A stretch of 26,255 nucleotides of DNA from a virus (lineage: Duplodnaviria; Caudoviricetes). Shown piece by piece: positions 8,872 to 16,608 of this stretch. The translations under genes and the position numbers were made by a program. The stretch lies in IMG/VR virus record IMGVR_UViG_3300049722_000009, positions 1 through 26,255 of that record. One strand, 5' to 3'. The number at the start of each line of letters is the position of its first letter. The stretch's first letter is position 1. Under the pieces are notes generated by a model. That model did not search any database. It was not told the origin of the DNA and saw nothing but the letters and a program-made list of their open reading frames with translations.

Positions 8872-9375
8872 CTAGGCTTCGTCGGGGTAGTGGGCAGGCT
8901 CTGTTCGCGGAACGCCGTTGTAGACGTGCTGCTTCCCGTTGTGCTGAAGGTTCAACTCTCCATCGACCACGCGCTGGAGGATGTCCTCGCTGAGCACGAC
9001 GTCGCCCACGTTGAGGAACATGAACTCGATGGGGCTACCATTCTCGCGCTTGCCGACCTCGAAGCGGTACTGGACGTAGGGAGAAAGCCAGACCATCTCG
9101 CCGAGCTGCATGCCGTTGCCCACGAGGATGTCGAGAGCTGCGAGCCCGGCCGAGACGATGACACCGCGGGGGCTACGCGCCTTGTCGGTCTCCTTCCGCT
9201 GGTCGACCTTGTAGATCATGCCGTCAGGGATGAACTTGTCCGCCGAGGCCGCTTCGTCTGGCACCAGGTACACGATGACCCGCTCGAATAGGGCCTGGCC
9301 TGGCCAGGCTGGGATGTCCAGCTCCTGCATGCGCTTGAGCAGGAGAGGCGCAATGGCGTCAGATGCTGTTGGCAT
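8872..9375 (-). CDS. GroES/Cpn10-like co-chaperonin
   Basis: ALFERVIV, DGMIY (mobile-loop equivalent), RGVIVSAG, MQLGEMV and FLNVGDVV align with GroES PLxDRVLV/GGI/GxVVAVG/VKVGDxV/ILxExDIL. Confidence 0.7.
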   Translation of the reverse strand: MPTASDAIAPLLLKRMQELDIPAWPGQALFERVIVYLVPDEAASADKFIPDGMIYKVDQRKETDKARSPRGVIVSAGLAALDILVGNGMQLGEMVWLSPYVQYRFEVGKRENGSPIEFMFLNVGDVVLSEDILQRVVDGELNLQHNGKQHVYNGVPRTEPAHYPDEA

Positions 9376-9637
9376 AGCGCTGCGCCTCCTCAATCAAGGA
9401 ACGAACATGCGCAAGGCTATTTAGCGTTGCCCCTATGACCTTTACGTACCCCCCACACACATCGTCGTCCAGGTCGTACGACCTGGACGCATGGTCCACC
9501 AGTGCATTCTTTTGATTTGCGATGGCAACGTCGATCTGCCTCGTCAACTCAATCGTTCCAGGATGCGCGAGCCATTCCTGGACAATGTCCTTGTCGAGCG
9601 TGTCAAACGCGCTCTTCGCATCTTTGATCTCTGCCAT
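9359..9637 (-). CDS. Small hypothetical protein downstream of portal
   Basis: 92 aa, helical (EWLAHPGT); AAGGAGTGA SD. Confidence 0.75.
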   Translation of the reverse strand: MAEIKDAKSAFDTLDKDIVQEWLAHPGTIELTRQIDVAIANQKNALVDHASRSYDLDDDVCGGYVKVIGATLNSLAHVRSLIEEAQRYANSI

Positions 9638-9655
9638 GGTTCACTCCTTTGGTTT

Positions 9656-11914
9656 CTATTGGCCAGGGGCCGCTTGCGTTGGTGTTCCGATAGGTGGCCG
9701 CACGGGCGGGCGCACTCCGGGAGTATTCGTTGGTTGCCCGGTCGGTATCGCCGGGTGAGGCTGCGGTGGTCCACCTGGAGGTCCCCCGGGAGATGGCGCC
9801 CCAGGCTGTCCACCGGGAGGTGGTTGCTGGGCTTGCAGCTTCGCCATGATTTCCTGGTCGCTGAGCACCATCGCCGCCAGGTCGTACATCCCGCGCGCTT
9901 TGAAGCAGTTGCGTGCGATGGCAGCGAACATCGTGGGCTGGAAAATCATCGAGGCGATTTGCGGCGGGATGCCCTTCGTTACCATGCCAAGGGCGTCGTC
10001 CGACTCAGCCACCTTAGCGGCGCGGCTGGAAAAGCTCAAGTCTGCCGAGAACGTGATCTCGTAGCCGTCCTTGTACAGGTCGCGCGTGACCTTGATGTTC
10101 ATCGCCTTCTGGGTGGCTGGATCCACCACGTCTTGGAACTTCTCATCAGGCAAGAACTGGTAGTTAAGCAGGGCGTTGTTCTTGGCCACCTGGTTGAGCA
10201 CCATGATGAAGTTCTGGGCGAAGACGCTGAGCTGCTTCGTGGCCTGCTCTACGCGCGTCGCTTGCCCGCGGAACGTCTCGTCGCCTTCCTTCTGCCCCGA
10301 GAGCACGTCTGGCGCCGAGCTGATGCCGTCGGCGGCCTGTTCCTGCATCTGGACGCCAGAGAGCAGTTGCTGGTTTGCCGGCGACGTTGGGAAGCGGAAC
10401 ATTGCCTTCTCTACCTGGTCGGGAGGCACGCCACGAACGCGCTCGAACGTGCCAGGGTTCACGGTCTTCACGCCAGGGTCGAGCTTCAGGTTTTCGTGGA
10501 TGAGTCCGCGGTCGCTGTTGGCCAGGGTGCCCTGGTCGATGAACTGGTTCGTGAGGATGTTCGCCGCAGCCTGGTGAGGCATGAGCAGCATTCCGAGCCC
10601 GAGCCCGTGCGAGCCGTCCGGGTTCTCGATGCACGTTCCGTGAGAGAACCGCTCGATGATCTTCTGCTTGCACGGGAGCGGGCCTTCCATGTCTCCGGTG
10701 AGCCATCGCGGTTTGATGGGTGGCTGCGGGCGTTGGGCCTGCACCTGCTGCGCGACGGCCAGCGACTCGTCCAGTGGAACGTCAGGCTGCTTAATGCGCT
10801 CCAAGAGCTGCTGCTCGTGTTGCATGGCCTGCTGGTACCTGCCGATGGCGTCCAGGTACTGCTGGTGCTCGGCGGTCTGCTGGTCGAAGCGGCCTCTGTC
10901 TGCGGGGTCGTCGTAGTAGCGGCTGTAGAGACCGAGCAGCGTCTTCGTGCGCCCGTCCACCACGGCGATGATGGGCATCTCCTCCTCCTGGTAAGGGAAC
11001 GTGACCCACCCGTGGTACTCCAGCAGGTAGTAGGGAGCATCCGAGGTGTGCTCGGCGCGGTCCTTCCCCTCGAATCGGTCGGCGGCGTCCTTGATGACCT
11101 GCTCCAGGTCAATCTCGTGGCTCCCGTCCTCAGCGATGACCTTCGAGACCTGGGCGTAGAAGCCATCCTTCTCGGCCTTCTGGAGGTCGCGCTTGTAGGG
11201 GAACAGCACCTTGGTCTTGCGGGGAACGTCCGACATGTCCACCGCTGTCGTCTTCCTGGTGTATGGGTAGACGAACTCGTCGCAGTTGAGGTGCTCGTGG
11301 ACGTTCACGCCGCGGGCGATGTCGCGCCTGGAATCGAAGATGCAGTCGCCATCTCGAAAGAACTCGATGAGCGACCGCATGACATGCCTTGGGAAGTCGG
11401 GTATCTCGTGCTGAAACTGCCAATTCTCGTGCTTCGTGACCACGTCGGCCCGGTCTTCGCCGAGCTTCGAGCTGACCTGCGCCGAGAACACCGGCTGACC
11501 CTGCTTGAAAATCTCCGCCCACACGCGAGTCGCGAGCCGCAGGATGCGCGTGGACAGAATTGGCACGTGCATGTTTGCGCATCCCTGGAAAGGGAAGTTC
11601 TTTGGCTCGATTGCGCCGAGAAACAGCTTCATGCGCTCAAGGCGCTTGTCGCGCCAGCCCTTGCTGGCGTCCCAGTCCTCGTTGAAGTGCTTCACTACCT
11701 GCTCGGGTAGCTCCTTCTCGACGAAAGCCTTCACCTTGGGGTCGAGCTGCGCCTTTTCGAGCAGAAACGGGACCAGATTGACCACGTCGTCGGGCAACTG
11801 GAGCCCAGGCTGGAGAGGATTCTCGGTTTCGGCCAGCTGAACGGCGTCTTCGCCCATTTCCTCGGCTGGCGGATCCATGGATTCAGCTTGCGGGTCGTTT
11901 TCGTTGTCGATCAT
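9656..11914 (-). CDS. Portal protein (752 aa)
   Basis: Start MIDNEND overlaps the TerL stop (ATGA); PFQGCANMHVPIL, HGLGLG..L and NQFIDQGTLAN motifs; Pro/Gln/Gly-rich C-terminal tail. Confidence 0.9.
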   Translation of the reverse strand: MIDNENDPQAESMDPPAEEMGEDAVQLAETENPLQPGLQLPDDVVNLVPFLLEKAQLDPKVKAFVEKELPEQVVKHFNEDWDASKGWRDKRLERMKLFLGAIEPKNFPFQGCANMHVPILSTRILRLATRVWAEIFKQGQPVFSAQVSSKLGEDRADVVTKHENWQFQHEIPDFPRHVMRSLIEFFRDGDCIFDSRRDIARGVNVHEHLNCDEFVYPYTRKTTAVDMSDVPRKTKVLFPYKRDLQKAEKDGFYAQVSKVIAEDGSHEIDLEQVIKDAADRFEGKDRAEHTSDAPYYLLEYHGWVTFPYQEEEMPIIAVVDGRTKTLLGLYSRYYDDPADRGRFDQQTAEHQQYLDAIGRYQQAMQHEQQLLERIKQPDVPLDESLAVAQQVQAQRPQPPIKPRWLTGDMEGPLPCKQKIIERFSHGTCIENPDGSHGLGLGMLLMPHQAAANILTNQFIDQGTLANSDRGLIHENLKLDPGVKTVNPGTFERVRGVPPDQVEKAMFRFPTSPANQQLLSGVQMQEQAADGISSAPDVLSGQKEGDETFRGQATRVEQATKQLSVFAQNFIMVLNQVAKNNALLNYQFLPDEKFQDVVDPATQKAMNIKVTRDLYKDGYEITFSADLSFSSRAAKVAESDDALGMVTKGIPPQIASMIFQPTMFAAIARNCFKARGMYDLAAMVLSDQEIMAKLQAQQPPPGGQPGAPSPGGPPGGPPQPHPAIPTGQPTNTPGVRPPVRPPIGTPTQAAPGQ

Positions 11915-13476
11915 GAGCCATAGCCCCACTTCTGTTGCTGTTTCGCGATCCTTGCGGCCTTCAATTCGTCCTCTTCATCGTCATCATCTACCCCTTTGCC
12001 GGCTTTGTCAGCATTGGGCATGCAGTACATCACGATGTACATCAGCGCCTCTAGCCAGTGGCCATTGTCGTCCTTGAGAGGTATCTCTGGCTCGTCCTTG
12101 TTGATGAGGATGAGCGGCATAATCCGCTTCAGGTGCTCGCACGTGTCGAAGACCATGATGGCAGGGTGAGCGCCGGGCCTCGTCGGGCGATCCTTGAGGC
12201 GGCGGATAAGCTCCTGGGTTGCGTGGTACCTGTCCTTCACGCTCTTGACCCAGTAAACGCCTTCCTGTGCCATCGTCTGTTCAATCGTCGGACCAGTTCC
12301 GCCTCGTCGCTCGCAAATCTGATAGTCGGCCGGCCCGGTTAGCTTTGAGCACTTGCGAAGGTCATCCCATTCTCCATGGGCTTGCTCGATCTTCTTCAAT
12401 GACAGCGCCACTAGCTGCGCGTCCTTGCGCTTCGACTCTGGGACGTTGTGATTGAACGTCACCTCTCGGTAGATGATGATGTCGTCATCCTCGTTCTTGG
12501 CGAAGTAGAGCACTGGGCATGCCTTTTTGTAGCCAAAGTCCATCCCCTTTCCCCTTGGGTAGTGGGTCGGAACTCCAGATTCCATGCGGCACTCTTGGCA
12601 AGTCGAAAGCTTGTGCTTCGCGCATGTGAACGGCTTCACCACGTGCACGCTCGAAACCCACTCGTGGGCAAAGAACCCATTCTCGACGGTGTCCCACCGA
12701 CCGAAGAGACGGGCTTCCATGATGTGGTGGGGCTGCGTGCGAAGGTCGATCTCTGTCTGCTTGCGGAACTCGGGGTCGGGGTTGTCCGAGAGGAACGCGG
12801 GGAAGAAAATGCGCTTGTACTCCTCGACCGAGCCGTCGCTCATCGTCACCTTGGTGACAAGCATCTTGCGGCCTTCTGGCGCCGGGTCATAGAAGCGCTC
12901 CTTGACCCACTTCCCTTCGACCGGGGCGTCCGGGTTGGTGGCCAGGATGATTCTGCGCTTGGCGTTCAGGATGGGGTCTTCGGAGCGCAGGCGGCGCCGG
13001 ATGCCATTGAACTGGTCCCACGTGAACTGAATCGCCTCATCAAGAGCGATGTGGCTGTACTCGTTCGTGTCGTACTGGCGCCAGTCCTCATCATCCTTGC
13101 AGTGTCCGAACTGGATGCGGTACCCGCACGTCAGCTCGATGATGTACTCCTTCGAGTTGTACGTCGCGCCAGGGTCCACCTTCTGGATGAACCCGAGAAT
13201 CTTCTTGATGGTCTGCCCAAGGTCCTTGTAGGTGCGGCGAAGGCTCAGCGCCCAGCCCTTGGACTCGAACTTCTCTCCGCGCGCCCGAGCAGCCAGGTAC
13301 CTGCTGTGCTCACCGGGGGATCCATTCCAGTCGTAGACCTGGGTCAGGATGGGGTCCCAGCGAAGCCACCAGGTTTTCCCGCAACCCTGGGTCCCTCCGT
13401 AGCAAATCTCACGAGCTTCACAGTAGTGCGCCTCGGCTTGGACTGGAGACGGTGAGTAGAGAAGTTGCGGTTGCAT
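11911..13476 (-). CDS. terL: Terminase large subunit (521 aa)
   Basis: Walker A YGGTQGCGKT, Walker B HIALDEA, coupling motif ATNP, nuclease GMDFGY and HWLEALMY; start MQPQLL at 13476. Confidence 0.95.
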   Translation of the reverse strand: MQPQLLYSPSPVQAEAHYCEAREICYGGTQGCGKTWWLRWDPILTQVYDWNGSPGEHSRYLAARARGEKFESKGWALSLRRTYKDLGQTIKKILGFIQKVDPGATYNSKEYIIELTCGYRIQFGHCKDDEDWRQYDTNEYSHIALDEAIQFTWDQFNGIRRRLRSEDPILNAKRRIILATNPDAPVEGKWVKERFYDPAPEGRKMLVTKVTMSDGSVEEYKRIFFPAFLSDNPDPEFRKQTEIDLRTQPHHIMEARLFGRWDTVENGFFAHEWVSSVHVVKPFTCAKHKLSTCQECRMESGVPTHYPRGKGMDFGYKKACPVLYFAKNEDDDIIIYREVTFNHNVPESKRKDAQLVALSLKKIEQAHGEWDDLRKCSKLTGPADYQICERRGGTGPTIEQTMAQEGVYWVKSVKDRYHATQELIRRLKDRPTRPGAHPAIMVFDTCEHLKRIMPLILINKDEPEIPLKDDNGHWLEALMYIVMYCMPNADKAGKGVDDDDEEDELKAARIAKQQQKWGYGS

Positions 13477-13559
13477 CAGTGTAGAAGGCAGCGAAGGGCG
13501 TAGGAGGCGACGCAGACGATTGCCAACTCGAACAGGAAATCGGCGTGAATGTCCTTCAT
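13476..13559 (-). CDS. 27-aa hydrophobic mini-protein (MKDIHADFLFELAIVCVASYALRCLLH)
   Basis: Below ORF-track cutoff; ATGA overlap with the upstream stop and TGATG overlap with the terL start. Confidence 0.6.
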   Translation of the reverse strand: MKDIHADFLFELAIVCVASYALRCLLH

Positions 13560-15037
13560 TGGGGCACCACGGCGGACGGGAGGAACACGGCGGCGACATC
13601 GTCCAGGTAGGCGCGTCGCCAATGCGGGTTCCGTTCGAGCGCGGCGCTGGCTCGGTCGAGTGGCCCGCGCTCGATGAGGATGGCCGGGACTTCGGCGGGC
13701 TTGTCGTAGTCGATGCCGAGCGAGGATTCCCAGCCGGGTCGGTCGAATGCGAGACGACTGAGGCCGTCGATGTAGCGAGGGAAAACGTCGCTCGCCGATG
13801 GCTCTATCCGTGAGATCACAAACTGCCGCTGGTCAGGTTGCAGGTGGTAGGCGCAGACAGCCGACTGCCCTAGGTTCGCGGCAATCGCTCGCTGAGGCAT
13901 ACCAGGCCGAGCCAGGAACGCGCAGGCGTCATGCGCGAAGGTATGTGGCTTCTCACCCACGCCAATAGTGCGCCCCTCGCCTGCCCATGCGTAGAACGAA
14001 CCAGAGAGTACCCAAAGTGCCATGGCGACGACGGTCGCGATTGGTGCAAGACCCTGCCCCCGCTTCGGCTCGCCGAGGGCATCGTCGAGATTCCACACGG
14101 ACACCACCGCCGTGACGATGGCGAAGATCGGCGCGAGGCGGGTCGCCTGGAATCCAAGGTAGGCGGCGCCTAGAAAGAGCAGCGCACGGAACGTGCTAGG
14201 GCGGGTGCGATGGGCCTGTATGGCAAAGCTAGAGATGCCAATACCGGTGAGAACGAACAGCGCCAGAAGGTAGGGATTGTTCACGCCGAACCGGCGCACG
14301 AACTCCAAAGGGCTCTGAAGCTCGGCGATGTGCGCACGATAGAATCCGGCGTCGAGTTGGTGCGCCTGTGCCCACGCGTGGTCGACGACGTGCCAGCCGT
14401 AGGGGTTGACGATGCACGCGGCGAGAGTTGCCCCTGCCACCGCCCACGCCTTGCCCGACGGCTTCCGATCCACGACCAGACCAACGGCATAAGTGGCTAG
14501 GATTGCAGGCCCGAGCACGAACAGGCCGTGGCTGTTTACCCACAAGATTTGGACGAACGGCAGAAGCCAAAGCAGCCACGGCCGATCGTTCGCGTGCCCG
14601 AGTACGGCGAGGAACGCGGCGAGAGCAACGAACGATACCAGCTCTGGACGCTCGCACAGCCGGCCCGAGATGAGAATCAGCGCCGGCAGCCACGCGAGCA
14701 TGGCGACGCCTGCCCTCCCGCCTCGGCGACGTGATGTCAGCCCGAGCGCAATCACGGCGACGCCAGCGATAGCCTTCATGAGTACGAGCGCGGAAGCGCC
14801 ACCGAGTTTGTACAGACCAAGGAAAAGTAGCTGCGGCAGCCAGTATAGATCGATCCACGGTTTATCCGCTGTATAGGTCAGCACGTCGACAGTGGGCACG
14901 CGGCCGGACTCTACGATCAGTCGCGCCGCCGCCATGTGCCACCACGTATCGTGGTCGTGCATGGGAAAGCAGCCAAGCAGAAAAGCTAAGCCGCACAGTA
15001 GCAGAACGACGACCGCGCCCATCGTTCGACTTGTCAC
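13556..15037 (-). CDS. Polytopic membrane protein, putative GT-C-fold glycosyltransferase
   Basis: One N-terminal TM, then loop HDHDTWWHMAAARLIVESGRVPTVDVLTYT..W...YWL; ~10 more hydrophobic segments with RPE, WVNSHG.F and NPYG motifs; soluble C-terminal domain; GTG at 15037 (GTGA overlap) or ATG at 15022. Confidence 0.65.
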   Translation of the reverse strand: MTSRTMGAVVVLLLCGLAFLLGCFPMHDHDTWWHMAAARLIVESGRVPTVDVLTYTADKPWIDLYWLPQLLFLGLYKLGGASALVLMKAIAGVAVIALGLTSRRRGGRAGVAMLAWLPALILISGRLCERPELVSFVALAAFLAVLGHANDRPWLLWLLPFVQILWVNSHGLFVLGPAILATYAVGLVVDRKPSGKAWAVAGATLAACIVNPYGWHVVDHAWAQAHQLDAGFYRAHIAELQSPLEFVRRFGVNNPYLLALFVLTGIGISSFAIQAHRTRPSTFRALLFLGAAYLGFQATRLAPIFAIVTAVVSVWNLDDALGEPKRGQGLAPIATVVAMALWVLSGSFYAWAGEGRTIGVGEKPHTFAHDACAFLARPGMPQRAIAANLGQSAVCAYHLQPDQRQFVISRIEPSASDVFPRYIDGLSRLAFDRPGWESSLGIDYDKPAEVPAILIERGPLDRASAALERNPHWRRAYLDDVAAVFLPSAVVPQ

Positions 15038-16608
15038 TGGAACGCCCCAGAATTGGACATGGTCCACGGGCCGTTGACCCGCATGTTGTACGGGTATCCC
15101 CCGCCAAGGGTAACGGTGGGAGTCCCGCTCGTCGTGGATGCGCTCATCATCAAGCACAGTTGGTAATTCGGAGGAAGCAAGACCCCGCTTGGCATAGGCG
15201 AGACGGCGGTGAACTGCTGCATGCTCGAACTCGTTACGGCGATATGGATTGTCGCAGGGACGTAGATCCCACCTGTTGGACTCCCGCCTGTGCACGTGTT
15301 GAAGAACAGTTCTATCGATGCCGCACTTGTGGTCGATGCCCACAGAGTGATCGAAATATTACCTTCTGGGATCCATGTGTTCACTGTCGATGAGCCGTGA
15401 ACAAGCATGCACCGTAAACCTGTGCCCCCTGGGCCAAGGTCGCAATCTTGATCGAACTTGCTTGAACTCCCAACGGTTGGTGCTGCTGTGAAATCGCCTA
15501 TGCTTGTCTTGGGTGCGGTCACGAAAGCAGCGCTGTTGCCGTAGTTCCAGATACCTTCGACGAGAAACAAATCCCCACCTGGAACGTTGGTCACTGGCGG
15601 CACATACGTGATCGTCGTTGGCAGCGTGGCTGAGGTGGCGGTCGCGGAGCTGGTGTCGGTGACTGTCCCGGTTGCCGTGCCTGACGCTGAGCCGGTGAAG
15701 GTAGCAGTGGCCGTGGCGACTCCGGTGAAGCTTCCGGTTGCTGTGACGGCTCCCGTGTTGGTCACGGTCCCGGTTGCCGTGTAGTCGCCGCCGCCGAGTA
15801 CCGCAGTCCCGGTCCCGGTCACGGTCTCGACCGTGATTGTCGTCTGGCTAGCGGTGAAGGTCTGTGACTGCGTAAACGTGCTGGACGCCGACACCGTGGC
15901 CGTCTGGGTGGTAGTAGCAACAGCGGTCGTGGTCTGGGTGCCCGTAACGGTTGCCGTCGCCGTGGCTCCAGATGTTCCGGTCACCGTGGCGGTCAGTGTC
16001 ACAGACGCTGTCCCCGAAATCGTACCGCTGCGAGTGAGGGTTGCCGTCCCCGTCACTGTCACCGTGTTGGTCAGGGTTAGCGTCGTTAGTGACGTTGCCG
16101 TGACGATGTGGCCAACCGTTGTGGTAGACGTCTGCGTCCATGAATAGACGGGATTTACAGCAACAGCGGTGCCGGTATTCGACTGACTGCCGGTGAAGGT
16201 GAGTGTTTGAGAACTAGGAAGCGTGCCTGTGCCGGTCGACGTTCCCGTTCCACTCACCGTTGCGGACGCGGTCGCCGTGCTCGTACTTGTCGCCGTGATG
16301 AACCTAACCCCGTTCGCGCCGTAGAGGGTGCCGCCGCTTGCCGTCACCGTCGCCGTCACCGGCTGCGCTGCCGTCTGGTAGAAGGTCCCGGTCCCTGTCG
16401 CAGTAGTCGTGCTGGTCGTTGTACTGGTTTTCCCTGCGCACACCATGCCTGTGGGGCACACGATGGTAATGAGTGGAGTCTCCGAAGGGCAAAGCGCATT
16501 CGTCCCAGTGCAGACGTGGGCGTAACCCTTGTAGCTGTCCGGTGCAGCATACGGGATGGACGAGAACGTGAGCGCCATGCCGAACAGAATTGCGACGAGT
16601 CGTCTCAT
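15034..16608 (-). CDS. Exported Thr-rich protein (signal peptide, Cys knot, TxT stalk, C-terminal beta-sandwich)
   Basis: Start MRRLVAILFGMALTFSSIPYA|APD at 16608 (ATGA overlap) looks like a Sec signal; CTGTNALC and CPTGMVC; ~280-aa Thr/Ala/Gly/Ser/Val region. Confidence 0.8.
   Translation of the reverse strand: MRRLVAILFGMALTFSSIPYAAPDSYKGYAHVCTGTNALCPSETPLITIVCPTGMVCAGKTSTTTSTTTATGTGTFYQTAAQPVTATVTASGGTLYGANGVRFITATSTSTATASATVSGTGTSTGTGTLPSSQTLTFTGSQSNTGTAVAVNPVYSWTQTSTTTVGHIVTATSLTTLTLTNTVTVTGTATLTRSGTISGTASVTLTATVTGTSGATATATVTGTQTTTAVATTTQTATVSASSTFTQSQTFTASQTTITVETVTGTGTAVLGGGDYTATGTVTNTGAVTATGSFTGVATATATFTGSASGTATGTVTDTSSATATSATLPTTITYVPPVTNVPGGDLFLVEGIWNYGNSAAFVTAPKTSIGDFTAAPTVGSSSKFDQDCDLGPGGTGLRCMLVHGSSTVNTWIPEGNISITLWASTTSAASIELFFNTCTGGSPTGGIYVPATIHIAVTSSSMQQFTAVSPMPSGVLLPPNYQLCLMMSASTTSGTPTVTLGGGYPYNMRVNGPWTMSNSGAFQ

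Noticed and set aside
9491-11710. 739-aa plus-strand ORF, and similar antisense ORFs at 5799-6656, 12448-13455 and 17181-18101
   Set aside because: Antisense to portal, capsid, TerL and fibre genes; expected from high-GC codon bias; no motifs or SD
15038-15343. N-terminal extension of the 595-aa track ORF (likewise TerL 13477-13599, 3732-4091 and 24886-24987)
   Set aside because: Extensions overlap upstream genes and read as off-frame sequence; downstream starts have stop/start overlaps or SDs
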